DNA of 64,000 nucleotides from an uncultured Candidatus Saccharibacteria bacterium (GTDB lineage: Bacteria > Patescibacteriota > Dojkabacteria > SC72). The DNA lies in contig CAZEQZ010000001.1 of assembly GCA_964514595.1 (NCBI GenBank), positions 43,914 through 107,913 of the forward strand. Direction: 5' to 3'. The position numbers were made by a program, and so were the translations under genes. Shown here piece after piece: positions 34,801-41,673 of this stretch. The notes under the pieces were generated by a model, which saw only the letters and a list, made by a program, of their open reading frames with translations, did no database searches and was not told the origin of the DNA. Position 1 is the first letter of the stretch. Each line of letters starts with the position of its first letter.

Positions 34801-35240
34801 CTGATGGTAGTAATAATACCGGGACAATGATCGCAGATAGTGATGCCTCATACAATTCTATGAACTACTATCAATGGAATAGTTCCGAATCTACACTACA
34901 AGATTACGATATCAGGCTAAGATTTATGCTTCCCTCTAACTTCAGTGGTTGGGGAAGTGGTGGAGTTACATTCAATTTTGTAACAGAAGCTACTGCAACA
35001 TCTAGTAATGAATTAGATTTCTATATATTTGAGGAAAGCTCTGGAAGCGTAGATGGAAGTTCGGAGAACCAAGTTTCCTCCTCTGCAGGGATATGGACCT
35101 CAACAACAATCTTAGGCTCATCCCTCACAGAGTGTGTCTCAGCAGGAGATGTATGTATGTTCGTTATTAAAATGTCTTCTAGAAATGATAATTATGTAAG
35201 GGTAGGTGATATAGAGATAGTATATGACAGGAAACTATAA
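22887..35240 (+). CDS. Giant (4117 aa) secreted fibre/adhesin-like protein with four poly-Gly modules
   Basis: Signal peptide ending SYA, INLQG N-terminal domain, phage-fibre-like motifs (GMVYWDTTDSTLKVYDGASW, GRLGIGTGTP, GSIRFNTGTNKLEFSNDG), internal repeats. Confidence 0.9.
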   Translation: MQEKYCLKLVKNIFIFLGILLPTFFLFFIEKSYALSTNTINLQGKIVRNDTGYEGLNVTTGNPSCVVAGSSNDTCDFRVRYYSAASGGTLFLTEVFSNKEIGQYNGAFNLSLGSDPSPTAGSYSSLDALVAAENTVYIEIGFDPAGGNSYTETFTRMSLQATAFAMRSKYASHANTAFQFDTAANSSGYASPSAGMVYWDTTDSTLKVYDGASWVDIGSGGTGSSLWTQGTGFAYLTTLTDSLVLGADSYTAIGSDTYSTYVAGLGARPPFSFDMGAERASISGDTAKSGLTVYSNYTSTGAWPLVLFKTESSNFDNLVLEIVQDGTGHLMSLKKGSTEVFAFENPMTFFIRPRDDAPTIYENRLYNVGGTLYWNGTALGGGSSSLWTDDGTYTYLTDTTDDVIIGGDSALNAQFYFDVANGRLGIGTGTPTSRLDIAGASSIISNSSGDITISPDETVVIKAQNTDPNNLMEWQNSSGTVLSLINQSGYASLGKSTGSTTAMLSLGANTASVAQLNLAASSAIDVSSPNTGDLWYNGTNLYFYDGTDHIDLLVGNSDGVGLFSEHGSVASGSYLNVEHNDDTYNILADGWICVGGSENESCTGGNWKNIKEESISIRHALKEDWEDAGSTGIIRTDVRDTSVSLSPAFNPGTGADGDVTVQYNTNINTTSLSAGRSCADGGDAVNYNITAFPSSTTATLSATPSTGCLAVGDEVLIINLQGTYTAMDNVGNYETLEIANVSGTTITFKTAKKNYYGDGLADDTNLGTSTSTQRVMLQRVPNYRNLTVNSGVNFYPSTWNGVKGGVIFFRASVSANINGTIDVSGIGYRGGSAGGNLQGSSGGEAFCGPGGAGATTTTNGTSGAGGGGGYNGYLGGNGYCGGGGGASNGSTLGLGSANRGGSGGGSEYAAAGSGGGYGTAGSGGANYTAGSNAPSGGTNASGDGTLSTSVTYSGGGGGGTYGEANLSKLFFGSAGSGGTVGTAGVSGSGGIGGGIIAVYSKSVVVSGMVSSRGTGGASATVANAAGAGAGAGGSILLSGESVNTGTSFVGASGGAGGTSTGWVGVNGGAGGDGRIAIYYSDSYSGTTANPSVTNYYQSGYNSYGIYNSPVIATPNAQTYDNIRWSQDLDTYGNISIQTRSGNSTNPLDASWEEWRPFVVNQNYIMLESADTHTNWSGTNATVSEGDVTRNVDYFEDEDETTATNVTKVVSSTNGGYVEAAVSNEDLSNYDYITAWVRASQIGNTLRLGFGESAGTEQYEDITVDASDTWQKIYWDISDIATGDRDDVTVLRLTNKTGSSNTIYLDNVRAEKLITDNDGSDISSTPNNYMQYRVVFSTTNLAYQPILRNITISYNSGYRIVIHDNNNVRVYNYSGSTKYLKLDVATSGGGGGGSGTGFVAGVATSTIADGEDAVAFTFNTPTSYTDPSSKLLSVMNNSVEKMYLDSNGNLYVAGSVIAGNGFGSGLINNTGGAVTERTLVTIDPSTNDSFITTNIENQMGAFGVVTGVSVSGDINKNGVCDDGDTCMVVFEGITNVNTYDATTASVGDYIYSYSEYGYAKASSEQENGLIGMVMSTENAASGYLKIVFFTQNKSAADFYLNVGFDKNAYRDMYTLLAKDYEALSLAERRGLIESNQSESIMFDTFVDGLKIDSENSDVGLDIYNQKMGLWGGLSLTDSTTDMASNRYFGTTGATLIDAAYYYDRSQTGEVGQDSTIGDLITDGIDPYWYKGVSYISGTTALSAKYNGLLFNVTGAYGTSSEHGSIEIEVASQTVSGITANISSSDGTCTATGATLTFGNEYSFTSGSCSGSSIKITPQRTDYAVGDKFKIASWYLEPTTANDRGSRRDFPERSIIIPTATAGDIYITIVDYDTQRVWMKFNSDTDAIATGNILIDNADKDINKIFMINGDMYVDFTTVSSNVDAIVVGFARDDAWAVNGATWYKYDTNIGLRNNGDGYTTTTNPYTFSDGDGSGVSFVGLDYEVFGSSTIKGIDSNAEDTTGIYYSNPVTFQYNSNKAYLWMNAYIDPDDTSGDISVSVSNDGGSTYVAGSLIRATGSTVKEYEYSFNLADSDNEYIVKIELERGSSKKSTVYVNSWGLAQMDISGVGGGGLFTNTENAVPHKGYVEVLHGQNTNNILATGWVYNTNLARWIKTSESSISVSHVKDSDWLKDPDMIPATPIWVDPITGEPGELDAGTGADGDITVSTNSDINVNKLITSRNAACPDAPNYNITTFSVDGTEATITPAADTANSCLSPGDEVLIINLQGTYSAMVNVGNYETLTIDSIDVTGTTITFTEAKSNYYGGNINDDSNLGTATNTQRVMMQRVPQYDDVTVNAGINFYPSAWNGIKGGVMFFRATGEVNINGTIHADGKGYLGATQHGGYSYAGGGGGEAFCGEGGDGSTTNGTDGAAGGGGGASGGLGGDGYCGGGGGGRVIEDPGRGSVGQGGAGGGGGRYSGGGGGGYGTPGSGGHRSFDNYGEDGGANTSGDGGVSTGTGAGGGGGGSYGIESLSKLMLGSGGGRGGNQTSPMLGGAGGNGGGIVNIAGGTIRVNGALSSNGVNGANGASGTSYYTGGGGGGAGGSVRVEGGVVNIGSSLLAANGGDGGIGRISNVATQNGGAGGDGRIAIYFATSYVGISGTPTVTNFYTVGEEVVQNPSSGSDGDLTLSTAGTVNINRTSPMGVRSCSDGGDAVNYNIVAFNVAGNEATLSVSPSSGCLDSGDEVLIINLQGSYSAMNNVGNWEILTIDEVVGTTVTFTTTKTKYYGNNLDDDTNLGTATNTQRVMLQRVPQYEDVTIGVGVTLEPDAWNGVKGGVMFFKASGSVSINGNISASSKGFLGGVTEGGYNHGGGQGGDSLCGPGGSPGRVVSGGDGAGGGGGYTAGTGDGYCGGGGGGEPTGGIGSVTSGGAGGGGGRRAGGGAGGYGTAGTSGTYNALTYGATDGGTNSSGDGGAVATGIGPGGGGGTYGDEQLTKLFLGSGGGRGGNNASPQLGGAGGNGGGIVYIVADSVTVSGTLASNGATGGNGASGTSYYTGAGGGGSGGAVRVEGRTVNIGSSALTVTGGSSGVGRFNNTAVNNGGTGGSGRVAVYYTDTYSGTSGTPAVTNFYELDPSTVGDEDVEAPTGIIRAMIGLTEISLESGIDVGDGRDGNVTVAYNTNINRTSLIAGRSCADGGDAVNYNVLAFNSAGTEATLARAPSLGCLNAGDEVLVINLAGTSSAFFNVGNYETFRVQSITGTTVRFTTAKTKYYGNNPNDDSNLGVANNTQRVMLQRVPNYQNLTVNNGVTFYPDEWSAEAKENSVYREGKGGVMFFRATGSVNINGTISASGKGYRGGGRTVQGIYEGFKGESYTGGYNLYTSWSPNGGGGGGGGDYSVSSNTEAGGAGGSYGTKGQDGGAGGTFGDQTKGIAGDIYAVGEDLSDRIYFGSGGGAGSNDNDTANGPYGGAGGDGGGIIGVFSGSIVVSGSVANNGDNGEAGYRGSASDNETGGGGGGAGGSIYLAGAGVSVGSSLVTVNNGIGGLAGETAAAEAGGVGGLGRIAIHYSETYSGTSGNPTVTNFYEGSSYSYGMYHSNEIVTKGAGSFSDLRWDYNNNGYGRISVQTRTGATADSTDGSWEEWRSTSPTYEAQSLNDAENASSWVGTNVVVSDGDVTRDVDFFEDEDEFTTGSITKMISSTNGGYAESTISSTDLSGYEYITFWVKASVLGQKLSFSMGESSGDEHTEDIVIDSLEWQKVYWDLADIPAENRDAITKLRITNLSSVINTFYIDNVSAEGRGTSSIDRINSTPNDYLQYRVIFTTTDSRYRPELQSISFTYNIGYEIVQIDTNRVRLYNYSGYTQKLRLDIATGGLMIDLRSSLGSSTVNLAPTIAQQDWDDYTNSLWVNKTGTEGNFMRFQQYGVDKFVLSADGTMEMRGGTITLGDTGLKGSIRFNTGTNKLEFSNDGSTWIPVADSLSAVTLAAEYSGAVLSADGSNNTGTMIADSDASYNSMNYYQWNSSESTLQDYDIRLRFMLPSNFSGWGSGGVTFNFVTEATATSSNELDFYIFEESSGSVDGSSENQVSSSAGIWTSTTILGSSLTECVSAGDVCMFVIKMSSRNDNYVRVGDIEIVYDRKL
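24840..26174 (+). repeat. Cys/poly-Gly module copy 1
   Basis: GTGADG..RSCADGGDAVNYN..GDEVLIINLQG..GNYE..QRVMLQRVP..WNGVKGG..poly-Gly..GRIAIYY. Confidence 0.9.
26193..27043 (+). repeat. CBM-like-containing repeat, copy 1 (copy 2 at 33591-34433)
   Basis: YG.Y.S..I.T, QTR.G...DxSWEEWR, GDVTR.VD.FEDEDE, SSTNGGY, WQK.YWD, STPN.Y.QYRV.F, YNYSG.T..L.LD.AT occur in both copies. Confidence 0.9.
29469..30830 (+). repeat. Cys/poly-Gly module copy 2
   Basis: Same motif series as copy 1. Confidence 0.9.
30861..32213 (+). repeat. Cys/poly-Gly module copy 3
   Basis: Same motif series. Shares NGASGTSYYTG and GSGGGRGGN specifically with copy 2. Confidence 0.9.
32322..33572 (+). repeat. Cys/poly-Gly module copy 4
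   Basis: Same motif series, with an insertion (SAEAKENSVYRE) in the W..GKGG motif. Confidence 0.9.
33591..34433 (+). repeat. CBM-like-containing repeat, copy 2
   Basis: Colinear with 26193-27043. Confidence 0.9.
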
Positions 35241-35271
35241 GGCATAAAATATTTAGAAGAGCTCTCTACAC

Positions 35272-38200
35272 ATGAGAAAATTTGATGTATTAAAACTTAA
35301 AAAAATATCTAAGCGAGGAAGATTAAGAGTATTAATACTTCTTCTCATTGGTATTTTGGTATCAGTATCTGCTCTGTGGTTTTCTTCCCTATCTAAGACC
35401 AAGCCAAATGATGATATATTTTTCCTAGATACCAATAGTGGGGCAATACTTGGTAACAAAAATCCAACATTTAATGTAAGCTTTGGAAAGAGGGATGAAC
35501 CTGAAAAGCAGTGGGTTAGATTTGAAGCCCAAGTTAGTTCACAAAATCCGTTCGAAGGGAAAAATGAGAATCTTTTCACAAAATTAGCAGACTTGTTCAA
35601 ACGGGAGAAAGAGTACGGCATAGAAATGAGTTTGAATGGTGTTGTACTTAGTGAAACAGAGAAACTAGATTTGGATGGAAAAGAAGAGGTAATTAAAACT
35701 GTTGCAGACATTCTTGGAACAGATGATGTTAGAACGTCTACGGAGTTGATAGAAAGTGGTAGGGTAATAGGGGAGTATAGTGAGGAAGCAGTATCAAAAA
35801 AGAGTGTATTAAACAAAAATGTTGCGGATGGGGTTGATATTGAGTATCAGATATTGGAAGGTTTGGGCTTAAAGGAAGAAATAGTGATACGAAATCTAGA
35901 TGAATATACAAAAGGTTGTGGAGAGGATTTAATGGGGTGTAAGTTGCCTCTTAATGAGTTTAATTTTGATCTCAAACTGGATGAGGGTTTAGAATTACGG
36001 AAAGGTTGGTTAACTTTGAAGGGTGGGAGTACACAGACATACTATTTCACTGATAAGGACGGTAATTATGTAGCGCATTTTCTTCCCAACTGGGCGATAG
36101 ATAGTGCTGGAGAGAAGACATATGATGTTCCTATGCAAGTAGAAGATGCAGGTGGCGGTAACTACAGGATTAAGGTTATAGTTGATATAGAGTGGTTATT
36201 TAGTCCTGGAAGAGTATATCCAATAAGGATAGATCCAAGCATAGTTCATGATACTAAGAATCAATTCGATCAGGGAATCTTTGATAGAACTAATAGTTCT
36301 GATGATCCTGCAATTACTATTACTAACGCAAACAATTTCTTGCATGAAATATATGCATTCACATCAGATGGGACATTTTCTCCACCTCTAGGAGTTACTG
36401 AAGTAAAAGTATTAGTTGTTGGGGGAGGAGGAGGTGGTGGATCATCAGGGGGTAGTGCAGCAGGAGCAGGTGGTGGTGGTGCAGGCGGTTTAGTATGGGA
36501 AGATTCATATGTATTTTCATCTTTAGAAATAGAAGAAGGAGTACCAATAACCGTGGGTAGTGGAGGAAGTGGAGGGGCTAGTGGTGATAGCAATGGACAG
36601 AATGGTGGAGATAGTACATTTGGTACATTAACAGCCATTGGAGGAGGTGGTGGTGGACACAGAACTTCGAATGGTGGTGATGGAGGTTCTGGTGGTGGTG
36701 TAGGTGGTGCTACAGTAACACCTGGGTCTGGAACTGTTGGACAGGGGCACGATGGAGGAAATGGCACTACCAGTGGAGATGGTTCTGCAGGGGGTGGTGG
36801 TGGTGCCGGAGAAGCTGGGTATGATTTTATTAGTGGAAGCTTTGGAGGAGCTGGTGGAGTTGGTATTTATTTAGGGAATATGTTAGGTGATAGTTTAGGA
36901 GATGATGGTTGGTTTGCAGGAGGAGGAGGTGGCGGTGCTACCGTGCATGCTGGTGGTACAGGAGGAAAAGGTGGTGGTGGTACTGGTGGTGTTTCGACCT
37001 CTAATGCCCAAGATGGTGTGGCAGGTACAGGTGGAGGTGGAGGTGGAGGTGGAAGAAGTGGATCCTCTGGTGGTTCTGGTGGCTCTGGTATAGTTATCAT
37101 TGCTATACCCAAAAAACACTCATATGGTCAATATATATCACCCGTTATAGATTTTGAAGACTCATACTACGTCGAACATATGTCTTTAGATATATCTGGT
37201 GTTCATACAGGTGGTGGGGAAAATATGTATAGTACAGTGGGTTTGGAGGCTCAATGGAATTTCAATGAAATATGGGGTGATGTTGCAGAAAATAATGATG
37301 GAACTTGCGGAAGCTCTTGTAATGCTAATCTTGTTAATTTCTCAAATACATTAGCACAGGATATACTGCCTATGAGTGGTTGGACATATATTAATAGGAA
37401 ATGGGGGAATGGTTCCATAATGATTGATGGAGTAGATGATTATATTAATTTAACCACACCAATATTCACTGCGGAAAATGGCTCTTTCTCTTTCTGGTTT
37501 AGAAAGGATATAGCTCCATCCTTTTTAGAGTGCTTCTTTGGTTATTTCGAGACATCAGTAGCAGACTCTTGTGTCGGTATAAACGATGAAGGGAAGATAG
37601 TTATTGAAGATCTAGCTTTTGCGAGCAATATTTCCTCCGAACAATCATATGCCGATGGAGAGTGGCATCATGTTGTTGTTAATGGTAACTATACAGGAGA
37701 TACTTTAGAGCTTTGGGTCGATGGGATTTTGATATCTACGTCTAAATGGGAACAGCCTGCCTATATGACTACTCAATTGCTTGGTGCTAGATATAATGAA
37801 AGTACTGGGACCCCGGAAAATCTCTTTAGAGGGATGATAGATACGGTTGTAAAGTACAATCGTCCTTTATTAGCTTCGGAAATACTTTCTAATTACCAAT
37901 CGGGCAATGTTGAGTTCAGATACAGAACTAGTAACGATGGTTCGACATGGGGCGTTTGGGAGGGTGGTGAGGAGGCAGATGTAGATATAACCCAGGATTA
38001 TACAAAATGGTCTGACTCAGTATCCGATACTCGTATACTGCAACTGAGTAATGATTCGAACATAAAGGTTGGGGTAAATGATAGTCTAAGAGTTGATTCA
38101 GATTATACTAAAGTTGATACAGTCAACGGCTTGGTCGGACTTTGGCATTTAGATGAAGAGTCCGGTTCTGGTGCGTATCTCCTAGATTATAGTGATAACG

Positions 38201-40182
38201 ATAATCATGGGACTCCAAATGGCACTACATATGTAGAGGGCAAAATAGGGGGAGCTAGGGATTTCGATGGGTCAAGTGATTATATTAGTACAGATTTCAG
38301 TAGTGAGGCAAGCTCTCTTTTCGCAGACTCAAGTGGATCTTGGACTGTAGAAGCATGGTTTAAACATAAAGGGGGGATGAGCTCTGATGGTGTTATAGTT
38401 GGGAGGGGAGGGGGAACTGGGACTTCAGCTACATTTGGAATATTTGTAAATAGTAGTGGGGCACTTCGTACTGTTCTAAGAGGTTCCTATACCACCTTGA
38501 TGAGCAATGTTGCTAATGATCAATGGTGCCATGTTGTAGTAACTTGGACGGGCGGTGAAGCTAGAGGTTATGTAAATGGAGAGGATGTTGGAACTCTTTC
38601 TGTTGGATCTGCTTCCCTACAATCAAATAATCTCGTTATAGGGGCTACCAACAATGGCTCAAGCGCGCGCTATAGAGGTCAGATAGATGAGGTTAGAGTA
38701 TACGAGACTGCTAGAAGTGGGAAAGAAGTAGCAGAGTCATACAGGATGGGTAAAAATCATTATGTATACAGTACACTAGAAACGGGTATGGATCTGTCAG
38801 AAAGCACAAAGATACCGTTTTGGATAGCATCTGACAAATTGGGCAGTAACATAGATTTGATTGTGGGGAATTCTCCAAGCTCTAACTATTTGACAGATTC
38901 TAATGTAGTTGGATTATGGAAGATGGATGAGATGTCAGGTTCTGGTGCATACATTAATGATAGTAGCGGAAATGATAATCATGCTACTCCATCGGGAACA
39001 ACTTACACAGAAGGAAGGGTTGGAGGTGCAAGGTATTTTAATGGAACAAGTGATTACATGCTAACTAGTGATTTTGGTTTTGATTACGACAACATTACGA
39101 TAGAGGCTTGGGTTAAACCGGAAGATTTAAGTGGAAGAAGAACTCTCTTAGATCTTGGGGCTGAAACCACTTTGGTTCCTCAGTTAGAGGTGGGAACATG
39201 TGATGGTGGATCTAACGCAATCTGTGTTGTCACGCCTGGTGTATGGCAGGCTCAAACAGTCGACAATGTTATCTCAGAAGGAGAGTGGGTACATATTGCC
39301 TATACTAAGGAAGGAACAGGAGCTACACATAAAATATATGTTAACGGAGTAGAGCAACCTCTTGTAACGAATAATAGTGAGACCTATAGCTCTACGTCGG
39401 TAGGAAAGAATATTGGAAGACGTGGTGATAATACGCAGTTTTTTAATGGGAACATAGATGAGCTTCGCATCTCTGATATAGTACGCACAGGTGAGGTAAT
39501 TAGGGAAGCATATGAAATTACAAAGAGAAAGTATTCTATAAAGATTGACTTCAAAGCGGACCTTCAGTTATCTAACTTGATTTCAGACTCAAATGATCTA
39601 TCCTTTACAATTAGTGAGACCTCATATGGCACAACAAAGGAGATAGAGAACTTAAGTCTCTCGGATAGGATAATTATAAAAGAATATGCCGATTCTGCAG
39701 AGTATATTGCACAAGGCGTCGTAGACAGCATAAACGAAGACACCGGAGCAGTGACAGTAGAGCAGTGGGAATTAGGTAGTACATTTCCTTCTGGTGGATA
39801 TTCAGAGGACGCAGTTGTATTTAAATGGCAGGAAGAAATATTTGATATTAGGGATATTCTAGACACCCAAAGAGATGATATATCTACGTTTATGCTTGTA
39901 CTAAATAATCAAGTAGGGGCAAACTACTGGATAGATGGTATAAGGAGTGCCAAATATCTTGCACCTCTAGATTTAAGTCAAGGTTTAGGAGATCCAACGC
40001 AGTATTTCCAGTATAAGATTATGTTCTCAACCTATGATGAGTACATAACCCCCACTCTAAACAAGGTCCAGATAGACTATACCTCTGAAATACTTGTGGA
40101 GCCACCACTGAGAAGAATAATGAGACATGGTAAATGGTTCTATACGGGAGAGGAGCAGCCCTTCTGGTGGGCACAGGAGTAG
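35272..40182 (+). CDS. Large (1636 aa) N-anchored surface protein: Gly-rich domain plus three LamG/concanavalin-like domains
   Basis: Basic N-terminus plus a TM helix; GLKEEIVI...RVYPIRIDPS domain; VLVVGGGGGGG...GGSGIVII Gly-rich domain; three GLV.xW..DE ... F.G.IDE.R LamG-type units. Confidence 0.88.
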   Translation: MRKFDVLKLKKISKRGRLRVLILLLIGILVSVSALWFSSLSKTKPNDDIFFLDTNSGAILGNKNPTFNVSFGKRDEPEKQWVRFEAQVSSQNPFEGKNENLFTKLADLFKREKEYGIEMSLNGVVLSETEKLDLDGKEEVIKTVADILGTDDVRTSTELIESGRVIGEYSEEAVSKKSVLNKNVADGVDIEYQILEGLGLKEEIVIRNLDEYTKGCGEDLMGCKLPLNEFNFDLKLDEGLELRKGWLTLKGGSTQTYYFTDKDGNYVAHFLPNWAIDSAGEKTYDVPMQVEDAGGGNYRIKVIVDIEWLFSPGRVYPIRIDPSIVHDTKNQFDQGIFDRTNSSDDPAITITNANNFLHEIYAFTSDGTFSPPLGVTEVKVLVVGGGGGGGSSGGSAAGAGGGGAGGLVWEDSYVFSSLEIEEGVPITVGSGGSGGASGDSNGQNGGDSTFGTLTAIGGGGGGHRTSNGGDGGSGGGVGGATVTPGSGTVGQGHDGGNGTTSGDGSAGGGGGAGEAGYDFISGSFGGAGGVGIYLGNMLGDSLGDDGWFAGGGGGGATVHAGGTGGKGGGGTGGVSTSNAQDGVAGTGGGGGGGGRSGSSGGSGGSGIVIIAIPKKHSYGQYISPVIDFEDSYYVEHMSLDISGVHTGGGENMYSTVGLEAQWNFNEIWGDVAENNDGTCGSSCNANLVNFSNTLAQDILPMSGWTYINRKWGNGSIMIDGVDDYINLTTPIFTAENGSFSFWFRKDIAPSFLECFFGYFETSVADSCVGINDEGKIVIEDLAFASNISSEQSYADGEWHHVVVNGNYTGDTLELWVDGILISTSKWEQPAYMTTQLLGARYNESTGTPENLFRGMIDTVVKYNRPLLASEILSNYQSGNVEFRYRTSNDGSTWGVWEGGEEADVDITQDYTKWSDSVSDTRILQLSNDSNIKVGVNDSLRVDSDYTKVDTVNGLVGLWHLDEESGSGAYLLDYSDNDNHGTPNGTTYVEGKIGGARDFDGSSDYISTDFSSEASSLFADSSGSWTVEAWFKHKGGMSSDGVIVGRGGGTGTSATFGIFVNSSGALRTVLRGSYTTLMSNVANDQWCHVVVTWTGGEARGYVNGEDVGTLSVGSASLQSNNLVIGATNNGSSARYRGQIDEVRVYETARSGKEVAESYRMGKNHYVYSTLETGMDLSESTKIPFWIASDKLGSNIDLIVGNSPSSNYLTDSNVVGLWKMDEMSGSGAYINDSSGNDNHATPSGTTYTEGRVGGARYFNGTSDYMLTSDFGFDYDNITIEAWVKPEDLSGRRTLLDLGAETTLVPQLEVGTCDGGSNAICVVTPGVWQAQTVDNVISEGEWVHIAYTKEGTGATHKIYVNGVEQPLVTNNSETYSSTSVGKNIGRRGDNTQFFNGNIDELRISDIVRTGEVIREAYEITKRKYSIKIDFKADLQLSNLISDSNDLSFTISETSYGTTKEIENLSLSDRIIIKEYADSAEYIAQGVVDSINEDTGAVTVEQWELGSTFPSGGYSEDAVVFKWQEEIFDIRDILDTQRDDISTFMLVLNNQVGANYWIDGIRSAKYLAPLDLSQGLGDPTQYFQYKIMFSTYDEYITPTLNKVQIDYTSEILVEPPLRRIMRHGKWFYTGEEQPFWWAQE

Positions 40183-40220
40183 AATATATACTAATAGAAA
40201 TAAATCTAGTAGAATATACT

Positions 40221-40886
40221 ATGAGTGTTGCATCGGATGCCATAAAAGATAATAAAAAAGTATTACTACTAGCACTCGGGCTTCTAGTAGTCTCTGTATT
40301 TGGTTTAATTTTAACTAGAGAAGGCATGATAATTCAACCAGACAATTTAGTACAACCTCCGTCCTCTCCTAATACATATTCTCAACCAAACAATGTACTA
40401 GAGGAGGGTGTAGACTATAAGGCAGTGATCAAAACATCTGTGGGAGACATAGAGGTAGATCTGTTTGAGGGCGAAACTCCACAAACCGTGAATAGCTTTG
40501 TATTTCTTGCAGGGGAAAGATTCTTTGATCGATTAATATTTCATAGAGTAATAGAGGGATTTGTTATACAGGGAGGAGATCCTAAAGGAGATGGAACAGG
40601 AGGCCCGGGATATCAGATACCGGATGAAATTACAGAGAGAAAATATATGCCATATACTCTAGGGATGGCAAATGCAGGTCCAAATACCAATGGCTCTCAG
40701 TTTTTCATTACATCAGGCAATATCCTAGAGGATAACCTGAAAGCCTTAGATGGAGGATACACAATATTTGGAAAAGTAACGAAGGGATTTGCTGTAGTGG
40801 ATTCTATTGAAAGAGTAGAAACAGATCGAAATGACAAGCCGATAAATCCTGTAGTCATAGAGGCGGTCCAAATAATTGAGAATTAA
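40221..40886 (+). CDS. Membrane-anchored cyclophilin-type peptidyl-prolyl isomerase
   Basis: FHRVIEGFVIQGGDP, MANAGPNTNGSQFFIT, YTIFGKV, N-terminal TM. Start placed at ATG 40221 rather than 40134. Confidence 0.95.
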   Translation: MSVASDAIKDNKKVLLLALGLLVVSVFGLILTREGMIIQPDNLVQPPSSPNTYSQPNNVLEEGVDYKAVIKTSVGDIEVDLFEGETPQTVNSFVFLAGERFFDRLIFHRVIEGFVIQGGDPKGDGTGGPGYQIPDEITERKYMPYTLGMANAGPNTNGSQFFITSGNILEDNLKALDGGYTIFGKVTKGFAVVDSIERVETDRNDKPINPVVIEAVQIIEN

Positions 40887-40921
40887 TCTATAGTTAATAT
40901 CTGTCCTGTATATTCTTCTAT

Positions 40922-41671
40922 ATGAAGAATATACAGAAGAAAACCGTCTACTATTTCCTTATGGTATCCCTAATATCTTTCCTCTTTGGGGTATTTTTTG
41001 ATCATTACATACTACAAAAGAGCTTTGATCTAGAACAGAAACCGCAGGAAGAGCTAGAGATACTTCTTCAGGAAGAAGAAGAAGGGAAGAAGAAAGACAA
41101 ACTCATTAGTAAAGAGGAGGGCTGTAGTATATATGTAGATGTAAGTGGATCGTTAAGGAATCCAGGTGTGTACTGCTTAGAAAGCAATGCCCTGATAATA
41201 GATGCTGTGAACAAAGCGGGAGGATTTAGTAAAGATGCCGCAACCAAATTTATATCAAGGAAGATAAATCTTGCACAACCATTAATAGATAATCAGAAAC
41301 TATACTTTCCATTTGAAAACGAACTAATATGCCAATTAGAGCCTCTAGTAGAGGAGAGTAAGAAGATTGAGAATATGTTCGTCACTCCTGTAACCACACT
41401 TCCCACAACAGAGCCATATTCAGATACTGATCAAAATACAACCCCTTCATCTTCAAATAGTGGTACAGATAGTACAAATGAGAATAACACACAATGTGTG
41501 AACATAAATACAGCTACTAAGGAACAGCTAGTAACTCTAAATGGGGTGGGAGAAGTTACCGCAGAAAAAATTATTCAAGGAAGACCGTATAGTAAAGTAG
41601 AAGATTTGTTGAATGTGAGTGGTATAGGAGAGGCGACACTAAACAAATTCAAAGACCAAGTCTGTATTTAG
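40922..41671 (+). CDS. comEA: Competence protein ComEA
   Basis: TM, SLBB domain (VDVSGSLRNPGVY, INLAQPLID), HhH domain (VNINTAT..L..LNGVG, VSGIGE). Confidence 0.93.
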   Translation: MKNIQKKTVYYFLMVSLISFLFGVFFDHYILQKSFDLEQKPQEELEILLQEEEEGKKKDKLISKEEGCSIYVDVSGSLRNPGVYCLESNALIIDAVNKAGGFSKDAATKFISRKINLAQPLIDNQKLYFPFENELICQLEPLVEESKKIENMFVTPVTTLPTTEPYSDTDQNTTPSSSNSGTDSTNENNTQCVNINTATKEQLVTLNGVGEVTAEKIIQGRPYSKVEDLLNVSGIGEATLNKFKDQVCI

Positions 41672-41673
41672 AC

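Noticed and set aside
25380-37120. (GGT/GGA)n runs as microsatellites or CRISPR, and Pro-rich or Val-rich alternative-frame ORFs
   Set aside because: These are in-frame Gly codons with mixed third positions. No repeat-spacer periodicity and no cas genes. The shadow ORFs are by-products.
22887-40182. Prophage tail module
   Set aside because: Both genes carry export signals and follow a host-type promoter. No capsid, terminase, integrase or baseplate genes.
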